A stretch of 64,000 nucleotides of DNA, taken from assembly GCA_035626675.1 (NCBI GenBank), contig DASPNH010000101.1:3546-67545 (forward strand), read 5' to 3'. The notes under the pieces are model-generated. The model ran no database searches. It was not told the DNA's origin and was given only the letters and a program-made list of their open reading frames with translations. The DNA comes from Candidatus Binatia bacterium (GTDB lineage Bacteria > Desulfobacterota > Binatia > UBA1149 > CAITLU01). Positions 38,494 through 51,511 of this stretch are shown here, one piece after another; the stretch's first letter is position 1; each line of letters opens with the position of its first letter. The translations under genes and the position numbers were made by a program.

Positions 38494-39618
38494 ATGGACT
38501 TTGCCTACAGCGCCGAACAGGAAGACATCCGTACCGTTGCCGAGAAGATCTTCACCGGTCTGTGCGTGCCCGAGCGCCTGCCCGATTTCGAGAAGCCGGC
38601 CGAGCGGTTCGACGAGAAGCTCTGGAGCGAGCTGGCCAAGGCCGGCCTGCTCGGCGTGGCATTGCCATCGGACTACGGCGGCATGGGTTTCGGGGTCGGG
38701 GAGCTTGCCGTGCTGCTCGAGCAGGCGGGCAGGCATGTGGCACCGGTGCCGTTGCTTCCCACGCTCATGCTCGGTGCGGCGCCGATCCAGCAGTTCGGCA
38801 CCGAGGCTCAGCGCAAGCGCCTGCTCCCGCGCGTCATCACCGGCCAGACCACGCTGACGGCGGCCCTGGTGGAGGCCGACAGCCGCGACCCGCTGGCACC
38901 GACCACCCGCGCCGAAGTGCGCGGCGACGGCTTCGTCCTGGACGGCGTCAAGCTGTGCGTGCCGGCAGCGCGGCGCGCCGAACGCATCCTGGTTCCCGCG
39001 CGTCTCGGCAACGGCTCGATCATCGTCGCGATGGTCGCGCCCGATGCCGGTGGCGTCACGCTGGACGCGCAGGAGGTGACCACCGGCGACGTCTTCTACC
39101 GCGTCACTCTGGCAGGCGCGGTCGCGTCCGGCGAGGACGTGCTGGCCGGCCCCGACGCCGGCGCGCAAGCGCTGAAGTGGATGGTCGAGCATGCCATCGC
39201 GGGCCTGTGCGCGATGGAGCTCGGCGTGGCGGAAAGAGCGCTGCGCATGACCGCCAAGTACACGGCCGAGCGCAAGCAGTTCGGCAAGGCGATCGCGACG
39301 TTTCAGGCGGTCGCGCAGCGCGCGGCCGATGCGTACATCGACGTCGAGGCGATCCGCCTTTCGACGTGGCAGGCGATCTGGCGCCTGTCGGCCGGACTTC
39401 CGGCCACGCGCGAGCTGGCCATCGCCAAGTTCTGGGCCAGCGAAGGCGGCCAACGCGCGTGCTACGCGGCCCAGCACCTGCACGGCGGCATCGGCGTGGA
39501 CAAGGACTATCCGCTGCACCGCTACTATCTGCTGTCGAAGCAGATCGAGCTGACGCTCGGCGGCGCGCAGGAGAGCCTTGCCCGGCTTGGCGAGATTCTC
39601 GCCGACGGCCACGCATAG
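38494..39618 (+). CDS. Acyl-CoA dehydrogenase-like protein, a divergent partner subunit
   Basis: The ACAD fold is present (GAAPIQQFGTEAQRKRLLP ... GGAQESLARL) but diverges from canonical motifs. It lies 15 nt downstream of the first ACAD gene. Confidence 0.75.
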   Translation: MDFAYSAEQEDIRTVAEKIFTGLCVPERLPDFEKPAERFDEKLWSELAKAGLLGVALPSDYGGMGFGVGELAVLLEQAGRHVAPVPLLPTLMLGAAPIQQFGTEAQRKRLLPRVITGQTTLTAALVEADSRDPLAPTTRAEVRGDGFVLDGVKLCVPAARRAERILVPARLGNGSIIVAMVAPDAGGVTLDAQEVTTGDVFYRVTLAGAVASGEDVLAGPDAGAQALKWMVEHAIAGLCAMELGVAERALRMTAKYTAERKQFGKAIATFQAVAQRAADAYIDVEAIRLSTWQAIWRLSAGLPATRELAIAKFWASEGGQRACYAAQHLHGGIGVDKDYPLHRYYLLSKQIELTLGGAQESLARLGEILADGHA

Positions 39619-39714
39619 GGGCGCCGGCGCGCACAGCGGGCATCTGCTTCGTTGCAGGCGCGGTCGCTCGCCTGCGCCTCGTATCTGGCTCACTCTGCGA
39701 CCCGCGCTCGAATG

Positions 39715-39735
39715 TTAAGGGGACTGTCCCCTTAA
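39715..39735. repeat. Perfect 21-bp palindrome TTAAGGGGACTGTCCCCTTAA
   Basis: It sits in the intergenic region between the convergent acyl-CoA dehydrogenase gene pair and moaA. A near-identical copy lies at 46985-47005. Confidence 0.9.
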
Positions 39736-39746
39736 AGACGCTGGGG

Positions 39747-40790
39747 CTAGCCGCCGAGCTGGTACATCTGGATTTTTTCGCGTTCGCGGCCCCCGGCGGC
39801 GAAGCGGTCTTCGGAGTAGCGGTCCTCGCGGGCGGTCCAGACGCTGCGCAGGAGCGCGCGCAGCTCGTCGTCGCTGGCTCCGCTTCGCATCGGGGTTTTC
39901 AGGTCCGTGCCGCCCGTGGCGAACAGGCACGTGACCAGCTTGCCGTCGGTGGTCAGGCGCGCGCGCGTGCAGTCGCCGCAAAACGGCTGCGTCACCGATG
40001 CGATGACGCCGATCTCCCCATTGTCGTCCAGGTAGCGCCAGCGCCGCGCAACTTCGCCGCGATAGGTTGCCGCCACCGGCTCGAGCGCGAACTGCGCACC
40101 GATGCGCCCCACGATCTCGCGCGCGCTGACGACTTCGCTGGCGTCCCAGCCGTTGAGCGTCCCCACGTCCATGTACTCGATGAAGCGCACGATGTGGCCG
40201 CTGCCGCGGAAGTGACGGGCGAGGTCGACGATGGTGTGGTCGTTGACGCCGCGCTGCACCACACAGTTGATCTTGATCGGCGAGAGGCCGGCCGCGCGCG
40301 CGGCCTCGATCGCATCGAGCACGAGCTGGGGTTTGGCGTCGCGGCCGGCCATTCGGCCGAACACCGCATCGTCGAGGCTGTCGAGGCTGACGGTGATGCG
40401 CTTCAGACCTGCGGCCGCGAGCGTAGAGGCCTGCTCCGCAAGCAGCACGCCGTTGGTGGTCAGGGTCAGGTCGGCCACGCCCTCGATGCCGCTCAATGCC
40501 CGGATCAGCGCGGGCAGGTTCGTGCGCACCAGAGGCTCGCCACCGGTCAGGCGGATCTTGACGGCCCCGGCCTCGACGAACAGCCGCGTCAGGCGCTCGA
40601 TCTCCTCGAAGCTCAGCAGGTCGGCCTTGGGCAGGAAATGGTAGCGCTCGCCGTAAATCTCGGCGGGCATGCAGTAGGGGCAGCGGAAGTTGCAGCGGTC
40701 CGTGACCGAGATGCGCAGATCGCGCAGCGGCCGGCCGCGCGTGTCGAGCATGCGTGGTGAGGCCTGGTTCGTGGCGTCCTGCTCGCCCAT
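39747..40790 (-). CDS. moaA: GTP 3',8-cyclase (molybdenum cofactor biosynthesis, radical SAM)
   Basis: The radical-SAM motif is CNFRCPYC and the C-terminal cluster motif is CGDCTRARLTTDG. The start is ATG 40790 or the longer form at 40826. Confidence 0.9.
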   Translation of the reverse strand: MGEQDATNQASPRMLDTRGRPLRDLRISVTDRCNFRCPYCMPAEIYGERYHFLPKADLLSFEEIERLTRLFVEAGAVKIRLTGGEPLVRTNLPALIRALSGIEGVADLTLTTNGVLLAEQASTLAAAGLKRITVSLDSLDDAVFGRMAGRDAKPQLVLDAIEAARAAGLSPIKINCVVQRGVNDHTIVDLARHFRGSGHIVRFIEYMDVGTLNGWDASEVVSAREIVGRIGAQFALEPVAATYRGEVARRWRYLDDNGEIGVIASVTQPFCGDCTRARLTTDGKLVTCLFATGGTDLKTPMRSGASDDELRALLRSVWTAREDRYSEDRFAAGGREREKIQMYQLGG

Positions 40791-40876
40791 GCGGGCATCA
40801 TGGTCGGGGACGCAGCGGGAGTCCATTGCGCCACGCGCGGCTTGTCCGCCGCCACCCGCAGGACTATGCAGGAGCC

Positions 40877-41416
40877 ATGGAACGACTCGATCTGACCCGC
40901 GACACCGAGGCCGTACGCATTCCGATGGGCGACCGGATCCAACTCGCCAAGGGCACCGAGGTCTACGTCACCCAGTCTCTCGGCGGAACCTTTACCGTGC
41001 AGGCTCCTGCCTACGGCGGACTCTTTCGCATCGCGGGCCTGGACGCGGACGCGCTGGGCAAGGAGATTCCCGAAGAGGCTCGCATGCTGGCCAGCGGCGA
41101 GGGCCCCATCGAGGATCTGGTCACCGCCGCGCTCAAGACGTGCTACGACCCGGAGATCCCGGTCAACATCATCGACCTCGGGCTGGTCTACGATACGCGT
41201 ATCACCGATGCCGGCGAGGGCAGGCACCGCGTCGACGTCAAGATGACGCTCACCGCAACCGGCTGCGGCATGGGCACCTCGATCGCCGGCGATGCCGAGG
41301 AAAAGATCCGCAGCATTCCGGGTGTCGCCGAGGCGCATGTCGGAATCGTGTGGGATCCGCCGTGGAACCCGCAGATGATCTCCGAGGAAGGCCGCCGCAA
41401 ACTCGGAATCGGCTGA
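40877..41416 (+). CDS. DUF59 (MIP18/SufT-like) Fe-S assembly-related protein with an N-terminal extension
   Basis: The C-terminal segment CYDPEIPVNIIDLGLVY...TATGCGMG resembles DUF59. A ribosome-binding site precedes ATG 40877. Confidence 0.6.
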   Translation: MERLDLTRDTEAVRIPMGDRIQLAKGTEVYVTQSLGGTFTVQAPAYGGLFRIAGLDADALGKEIPEEARMLASGEGPIEDLVTAALKTCYDPEIPVNIIDLGLVYDTRITDAGEGRHRVDVKMTLTATGCGMGTSIAGDAEEKIRSIPGVAEAHVGIVWDPPWNPQMISEEGRRKLGIG

Positions 41417-41565
41417 GCGCAGAGACCTGCGGTCGCGCGCGGTAAAGGGTCGACACCTATTCGGCAGCAGCTTGGCTCAGCTCTCGAGCGGCGCGCGTGG
41501 GAGCCGCGATGAAACGGTCCCTGCCGGGCCGGCCTCGGCTCGCTCCGAACCCTTTCCCATCCTCT

Positions 41566-42603
41566 TCATTCCAGGCGGCAGGCGCGGCGCAGGGCGGCGA
41601 GGTCTTGCGGAGTGGCGCGCATGACTTCGGTGGAGTTGAGGCCGTACATGATCGACTGCGGGTTGTCGTCGTGCTCGATGCCGAGTGCGTGGCCGAGCTC
41701 GTGGGCGAGGACGTGGACGAGGTCGCTGGTGCCGGTGAACTCGAAGATCTCGATGCGAGTGCCGTCGCGGTCGCGAACGTAGCGTCCCTGCTTGAACTCC
41801 TGCCCGGCGTTCTTGTTGATCGCCGCCACGTTGCTGTTCACCTCGCGTGCCTTCTCGTTGTAGCGCCGCGACAGCTCGTTGGCCTGCTCCGCCAGCTCGT
41901 TGATCGCCAGTCGCTCGCGGTTGAGGACTTCGGCCGTCTCCTGCAACTCTTCGGCCTCGTGCCGAAGAGCCTGCAGAGCGGCGCCGCTCGCGCCGCCGCG
42001 CGCATTCCACTGCTGCACGTCGCGGTTGTGCTCGGAGAGCAGAGAGTCGTGCTCGGCCTGCGCGGCAAGATACTTCTTGCGTGCCGTCTCGTATTTCCTT
42101 CCCGCAGCTTCGTGCTGGCGCCTGAGCTCATCGGCCGACTCGCTGGCGCGCTCGATGTTCTCCTTGCGCCGCGCGATGTCATCGGCGGTGGCCTGGCGAC
42201 GGTCATACTGCAGGTCGATGACGATCTGACCGCCGGAGCCGTCGTATTCGAACAGGTTGATGGCAAGGTCCTCTTCCCAGATGGCTTCGGCACGCCGCAT
42301 CGCCGCCAGCAGCTCGCCGTGCGGCAATCCGAAGCGGCCGTCGATGTGGCCGATGCGGTAGGTCAGGGGAGTGCCGCACGGGTCGGCCATCAGCGGCAGC
42401 GCGAACAGTCCGGCGGCGAGCACGATCAGGAAGAAGAGTCTGGTGATCACGTGTGCGCCGTTGACGGCGCGGACCCTGGCCGCGCCTTGCGGTAGCGATG
42501 GTGCGGGGTGCGGAAAAGTCACGCAAGAGGCGATTTTCCATGTCCGCTCCGCTTGCTCGCCGGCGGGCGCTTCGGTATGGTCCGGCACAGGACGAACGCG
42601 CAT
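41566..42603 (-). CDS. Metzincin (matrixin/M10-like) zinc metalloprotease with a coiled-coil region
   Basis: The zinc-binding motif HELGHALGIEH is present. The central region is a long Glu/Ala/Arg coiled coil. A hydrophobic signal-like segment lies within the 42603-start form, so the true start is ambiguous between ATG 42603 and GTG near 42450. Confidence 0.65.
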   Translation of the reverse strand: MRVRPVPDHTEAPAGEQAERTWKIASCVTFPHPAPSLPQGAARVRAVNGAHVITRLFFLIVLAAGLFALPLMADPCGTPLTYRIGHIDGRFGLPHGELLAAMRRAEAIWEEDLAINLFEYDGSGGQIVIDLQYDRRQATADDIARRKENIERASESADELRRQHEAAGRKYETARKKYLAAQAEHDSLLSEHNRDVQQWNARGGASGAALQALRHEAEELQETAEVLNRERLAINELAEQANELSRRYNEKAREVNSNVAAINKNAGQEFKQGRYVRDRDGTRIEIFEFTGTSDLVHVLAHELGHALGIEHDDNPQSIMYGLNSTEVMRATPQDLAALRRACRLE

Positions 42604-42717
42604 GAGCCCGGCAACCACCTCCACCTGCTTCTGGTACTTTAGCTCTGGAGAGCTCCCGGGCAGGATTCCTGCGCGTAGACGGCAACCGTAACTTTGCCGC
42701 GTGACGCGGAAGACGAG

Positions 42718-42755
42718 CCCCGGGAGAGAATCTCCCGGGGCTTTTTCTTTTGCGC
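42718..42755 (+). terminator. Terminator- or attenuator-like hairpin plus T-tract in the aroG leader
   Basis: The hairpin CCCCGGGAGA-GAA-TCTCCCGGGG is followed by CTTTTTCTTTT. The aroG ATG is at 42789, 34 nt downstream. Confidence 0.5.
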
Positions 42756-42788
42756 TCGCGCAAACCTCAAAGGCAGGCGAGCGAAACG

Positions 42789-43877
42789 ATGAAAGAGACA
42801 TTGGAAGACATCAACGTGATCGGAACCAAGCCACTGCGCCCGCCGAGGGACCTCAAAGCCGAGCTGCCGCTGAGCGAGCGCGCCGCCGAGGTCGTGGCCC
42901 GAACGCGCGGCGAGCTGCGCGACATCATCCACGGCCGCGACACCAGGCGTCTGGCCGTGGTCGTGGGCCCCTGCTCGATCCACGATTCGGAGGCCGCGCT
43001 CGAATACGCGGCCAAGCTCGGCTCGCTACGTGACCGGCTCCGCGACGATCTCCTCATCGTCATGCGTGCCTACTTCGAAAAGCCGCGCACGACGGTGGGG
43101 TGGAAGGGGCTGATCAACGATCCCGACCTCGACGGCTCCTGCGACATCGAGCGCGGCCTGGAGCTGGCGCGCAGCCTCCTGCTCGAGATCAACGAGATGG
43201 GCGTTCCCTGCGGAACCGAGGTGCTCGATCCCGTCACTCCCCAGTATGTGGCCGACCTGGTGTCCTGGGCTGCCATCGGCGCGCGCACGACCGAGAGCCA
43301 GACCCATCGTGAGATCGCCAGCGGTCTGTCGATGCCCATCGGCTTCAAGAACGGCACCGATGGCGGCCTCGACGTGGCCCGCAACGCCATGATCTCGGCT
43401 CGTCATCCGCACAGCTTTCTCGGCATCAACGCCGACGGCGTCACGGCGGTCATGAAGACGCGAGGAAATCGCGACCGCCACATCGTGCTTCGCGGCGGCG
43501 GCGGCAGGACCAACTACTCCTGCGCCGACATTGCCGCAGCCGCCGATCTGATCGCTTCCGAAGGCGTTGCCAGGCCGGTGATGGTCGACTGCTCGCACGG
43601 CAACTCGAGCAAGGATCCGGCGCGGCAGACCTCGGTGGCCCGCGACGTCCTGGCCACCCTGCATGGCGGCGAGACCCGCGTCATGGGCCTGCTGCTGGAG
43701 AGCAACCTGTTCGCCGGTCGTCAGGACTGGAAGGTTTCGGGCAAGCTCAGCTACGGCGTGTCCATCACCGATGCCTGCATAGGGTGGGAGGAAACCGCCT
43801 CGCTGCTCGAAGAGCTGGGCCATGCGCTGGGCGGCGGTGCATCGGCGCAGAAACGAGCGGGCGGCGGCCGAAGATAG
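42789..43877 (+). CDS. aroG: 3-deoxy-7-phosphoheptulonate (DAHP) synthase, class I alpha
   Basis: The class I DAHP synthase motifs are present: VVGPCSIHD, GARTTESQTHRE and KNGTDG. Confidence 0.9.
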   Translation: MKETLEDINVIGTKPLRPPRDLKAELPLSERAAEVVARTRGELRDIIHGRDTRRLAVVVGPCSIHDSEAALEYAAKLGSLRDRLRDDLLIVMRAYFEKPRTTVGWKGLINDPDLDGSCDIERGLELARSLLLEINEMGVPCGTEVLDPVTPQYVADLVSWAAIGARTTESQTHREIASGLSMPIGFKNGTDGGLDVARNAMISARHPHSFLGINADGVTAVMKTRGNRDRHIVLRGGGGRTNYSCADIAAAADLIASEGVARPVMVDCSHGNSSKDPARQTSVARDVLATLHGGETRVMGLLLESNLFAGRQDWKVSGKLSYGVSITDACIGWEETASLLEELGHALGGGASAQKRAGGGRR

Positions 43878-43998
43878 AGCGAAGCAAGGGAGAAAGCGCG
43901 TTGTGTGCCGGCAAGTTCATCGTTAGTCTCGCCGGGGCCTGAGCCTCTATGGCGCGCGTTGCGCCATATGGGTCGGTCCCGAAGCGAGGTCCGCAACG

Positions 43999-44373
43999 AT
44001 GTTTGTCGTCACCAATCGCATTCCGGTGGCCGCGGGTCACGAGGCCGACTTCGAGGAGCGGTTTCGCAAGCGCGCCCACCTGATCGACCGCAGCCCGGGG
44101 TTCGTCAAGAACCTCATCCTGAAGCCCGTGCAGCGTCGATTCGATCACGCCACCGGGGGCTGGAAGGAATCGGCCGAACAGGGCTACTACCTCGTGCAGA
44201 CCTACTGGGAGTCGGAACAGGCGTTCTGGGACTGGACCCAGAGCGAGAGCTTCCGTATCGCCCATTCCAATCGGCCGCCGGCCGAGATGTTCGCCGGCCC
44301 CAACGTCCTCGAGATCCATCAAGTCATCCAGACGACCGAATCTGCCGGGCATACCCCGGCGGCGGAAAACTGA
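43999..44373 (+). CDS. ABM-domain (antibiotic biosynthesis monooxygenase-like) protein
   Basis: This 124-aa protein shows a ferredoxin-like ABM fold pattern, and the secreted-protein gene follows immediately. Confidence 0.55.
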   Translation: MFVVTNRIPVAAGHEADFEERFRKRAHLIDRSPGFVKNLILKPVQRRFDHATGGWKESAEQGYYLVQTYWESEQAFWDWTQSESFRIAHSNRPPAEMFAGPNVLEIHQVIQTTESAGHTPAAEN

Positions 44374-44380
44374 CGGTAGA

Positions 44381-46918
<2,538 letters not shown>

Positions 46919-46984
46919 CCGTCGTAGGGGACGGTCCCCTCGACGCCAAGGGTGGCCAGGCGGCTTGTAGCTTCCGAGAAAGGC

Positions 46985-47005
46985 TTAAGGGGACAGTCCC
47001 CTTAA
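46985..47005. repeat. Perfect 21-bp palindrome TTAAGGGGACAGTCCCCTTAA, with related copies AGGGGACGGTCCCCT at 46926-46940 and a half-site AGGGGACAG at 47033-47041
   Basis: It lies in the intergenic region between the secreted-protein gene and ilvD. It is the same element as at 39715-39735, differing only in the central base. Confidence 0.9.
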
Positions 47006-47087
47006 ATCCGACCGACAGTCGCCTCGCGAAAAGGGGACAGCCGCCTAGCCCCGCCGGGATGTTCGGGTATGCTGCGACGCCGGAGAG

Positions 47088-48785
<1,698 letters not shown>

Positions 48786-48849
48786 AGCCAACCCATCCCG
48801 CTTCGCGTGCGAGAAACCGGCGTTTGCGCGTGATGCGCGGGAGCGGCCG

Positions 48850-50142
48850 GTGAGCGAGGGCGTTCGCAAGCCGTGGTGGTCGTGGCTGTTCCTCTACGCG
48901 CGCACGCCGGATGGCGTAACCGAGCGCCACTGGAAGGTACTGGGCGCGCTCGGCGCCACCTACCTCGTCAACTCCTACGACCTCGGGCTGCTCAACCTGG
49001 CGCTGCCGCAGATCCAGCAGGGCCTGGGCGTCTCCGAGAGCGAGGTAGGCGGGATGGCCGGGATCGTCCGGCTCGGCGTGCTGCCGGCACTGGTGCTGAA
49101 CGTGCTCGCCGATCGCATCGGGCGGCGGCGGCTCCTTCTGGTGACGCTGCTCGGTTTCACCATCTGCACGTTCCTGACCGCGTTCTGCCGCACGCCTACC
49201 GAGTTCGTCATCCTGCAGCTGCTGGCACGCATGTTCATCTACTCCGAGGAGATGCTCGCCATCGTCGTGGTGACCGAGGAGCTGGATGCGCACGCGCGAG
49301 GGTGGGGCATCGGCCTGATGGTCGCCTTCGGCGCCTTCGGTCATGGCTTTGCCGCGCTGTTCTTCTCGGCGGTGGACGTCCTGCCCTACGGATGGCGTGC
49401 CCTCTACTTCATCGGTGCCATGCCGCTGCTGCTGATCGTGTGGTTCCGCCGCACGCTCCAGGAAACGCATCGCTTCACCGAGCAGGCCCGCCGCAGGCAG
49501 GAAGCCGAGACACCCACGCTGATGCTGGACCCGCTGCGTAAGCTGCTGACTCGTTATCCGATGCGGCTCTTCGGTCTGGCAGCGGCGCTGGCGCCGGTCT
49601 CTTTCGCGGTCGGGAGCGCGCTCCAGTTCCAGTCGAAGTACCTCCAGGAGGTCCACGGGTACGCGCCTGGACACGTCAGCATGCTGTTCCTTCTCGGCGG
49701 GCTGCTGGCCATCACCGGGGGGCTGCTGTGCGGGCGTGCCAGCGACCGCTTCGGCCGCCGCCGGGTGCTGTCGGCCGCCATCGTCGTCAACGCCGTGGGC
49801 ATCCTCGGCTTCTACAACACCGCCGGCATGATCCTGCCGATGTTCTGGATCATGGTGATCTTCACCCAGTTCGGCATCGACGTGCTGTTCTCGGCACTCG
49901 GCAGCGAGCTGTTCCCCACCTCCTACCGTTCGACCGCCTCGGCTGCCCGCAGCATCGTCTCGACCGTGTCGATCGCGGCGGGCCTGGCCCTGGAAGGCCT
50001 GCTCTATGTCTGGCTCGGCAGTCATGCTGCCGCGATCAGCACCATGACCTGGTGCGCCCTGGCTGCACCGCTGCTGCTGCTCACGCTCGTCCCCGAAACG
50101 GCCGGGCGCGAGCTCGAAGAGATCGCACCCGACGAGGATTGA
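48850..50142 (+). CDS. MFS transporter
   Basis: There are 12 predicted transmembrane segments, and the MFS loop motif is DRIGRRR / DRFGRRR. The gene starts with GTG. Confidence 0.8.
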   Translation: MSEGVRKPWWSWLFLYARTPDGVTERHWKVLGALGATYLVNSYDLGLLNLALPQIQQGLGVSESEVGGMAGIVRLGVLPALVLNVLADRIGRRRLLLVTLLGFTICTFLTAFCRTPTEFVILQLLARMFIYSEEMLAIVVVTEELDAHARGWGIGLMVAFGAFGHGFAALFFSAVDVLPYGWRALYFIGAMPLLLIVWFRRTLQETHRFTEQARRRQEAETPTLMLDPLRKLLTRYPMRLFGLAAALAPVSFAVGSALQFQSKYLQEVHGYAPGHVSMLFLLGGLLAITGGLLCGRASDRFGRRRVLSAAIVVNAVGILGFYNTAGMILPMFWIMVIFTQFGIDVLFSALGSELFPTSYRSTASAARSIVSTVSIAAGLALEGLLYVWLGSHAAAISTMTWCALAAPLLLLTLVPETAGRELEEIAPDED

Positions 50143-50216
50143 AGGTCCGCAAGTGCATCGCGCCCCGCGCGGCCTCGGCGTCTTGTGCGGGACGCCCTCG
50201 TCATTAGGATGAGACC

Positions 50217-51242
50217 GTGGAGTTCCAGGACTACTACTCGGTGCTCGGGGTCGCACGCGAGGCCAGCGGCGACGACATCAAGAAGGCCTACCGCAAGCTC
50301 GCGCTCAAGTGGCATCCCGACCGCCACGCCGAGGGCAAGGAGCGCGACCAGGCCGAGCAGAAGTTCAAGCGCATCGCCGAGGCCTACGAGGTCCTGTCCG
50401 ACCCGGAGAAGCGCTCCAAGTACGATCGCTTCGGCCAGAACTGGCAGCATGGCCAGGACTTCCAGCCGCCGCCGGGTGAGCCGCGCATGTCGCCCGAGGA
50501 GTTCGAGGCACAGTTCGGACGCGGAGGCTTCTCCGAGTTCTTCGAGTCCCTGTTCGGCGAGCAGCTTCGCCGCCAGCAGTCTGGAGGCGGTCGCCACGGC
50601 CGCTTTCGTCATCGAGGCGCCGACGTTCGCGCCGAGCTGTCACTGCCAGTCAGCCAGGCCCTTGCGGGCGGCAAGAGCCGCTTCGACATCCCGGTCACCA
50701 AGACCTGTGATCGCTGCGGCGGCGTCGGCTTCGTCGGCGAGCACGTCTGCCCGGCCTGCGTCGGCGTCGGCCGCGTGCGCGAGCGCCGCACAATCGACGT
50801 CACCATTCCGAGCCCGGTGCGCGACGGCACCACGATGCGCCTGCGCGGAATGGGCGAGGTCGGCGACACCGACGGCGAGACCGGCGACCTCTATCTGACC
50901 ATACGTCTGGTCTCCGATGACGTCTTTCGCATTCACGGTGACGACGTCGAGGCGGATCTGCCTCTGGCGCCGTGGGAGGCCGAGCTCGGAACGCGCGTGG
51001 GCGTGCGCACGCCCACCGGAGTCGTACAGCTGACCGTGAAGGAAGGCACCCGGGCCGGAGCCAAGCTCCGCATTCGCGGCAAGGGGCTCGAGAACGCGCA
51101 AGGGCAGCGAGGCGACTTCTACGCGATCGTTCGCCTGGCGCTGCCCGAGCTCGGCGACAGCCAGCGCGAGCAGCTTCGCAAGCTGGCCGACATCACTCCG
51201 GGCAAGGTTGCGGGCGGCGCCCGCCAGGAGCTGGGATCGTGA
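50217..51242 (+). CDS. cbpA: Curved-DNA-binding protein / DnaJ-like co-chaperone
   Basis: The J-domain includes HPD in KWHPDRH. A partial zinc-finger region and a DnaJ C-terminal domain follow. The gene starts with GTG. Confidence 0.85.
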   Translation: MEFQDYYSVLGVAREASGDDIKKAYRKLALKWHPDRHAEGKERDQAEQKFKRIAEAYEVLSDPEKRSKYDRFGQNWQHGQDFQPPPGEPRMSPEEFEAQFGRGGFSEFFESLFGEQLRRQQSGGGRHGRFRHRGADVRAELSLPVSQALAGGKSRFDIPVTKTCDRCGGVGFVGEHVCPACVGVGRVRERRTIDVTIPSPVRDGTTMRLRGMGEVGDTDGETGDLYLTIRLVSDDVFRIHGDDVEADLPLAPWEAELGTRVGVRTPTGVVQLTVKEGTRAGAKLRIRGKGLENAQGQRGDFYAIVRLALPELGDSQREQLRKLADITPGKVAGGARQELGS

Positions 51243-51499
51243 CGCGCCAGGTCCGCATCGTCATCGAAGGCGAAACGTATCTCACCCTGCAGACGGTGGC
51301 CGAGTGCTACCACTGCGAGGTCACCTGGGTGCACGAAGTCTACGAGTTCGGCCTTCTCGGCAGCGGCAGGCAGGTCGGTTCCGACATCGTCATCCCGGCC
51401 CGCGTGCTCGACCGTCTCGCTGCCATCATCCGTTTCAGCCGCTACTACGGTCTGAACCTGGCAGGCATTGCGTTGGCACTGAATTTCGACGAACCCTGA
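51239..51499 (+). CDS. cbpM: Chaperone modulator CbpM (MerR-like)
   Basis: This 86-aa protein has a GTG start overlapping the cbpA stop, giving the conserved cbpA-cbpM operon arrangement. Confidence 0.7.
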   Translation: MTRQVRIVIEGETYLTLQTVAECYHCEVTWVHEVYEFGLLGSGRQVGSDIVIPARVLDRLAAIIRFSRYYGLNLAGIALALNFDEP

Positions 51500-51511
51500 G
51501 CTGCGCGCACG

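Noticed and set aside
28840-39746. A possible genomic island integrated at tRNA-fMet
   Set aside because: I found no integrase or transposase next to the tRNA and no direct repeat of the tRNA 3' end downstream. The GC content and codon style match the rest of the window. The accessory-looking genes here (DUF1329, Fe-S/SCP2, TetR, Sel1, HEAT, FGE-like) are more likely native.
42604-42788. A leader peptide or riboswitch upstream of aroG
   Set aside because: There is no ATG-initiated short ORF with aromatic codons, and I recognise no riboswitch consensus. Only the hairpin plus T-tract is supported, and I reported it as a terminator-like element.
43878-43998. An inverted repeat TATGGCGCGCGTTGCGCCATA upstream of the ABM gene as an operator
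   Set aside because: It is a single weak 8-bp dyad in GC-rich DNA, with no second copy and no adjacent regulator.
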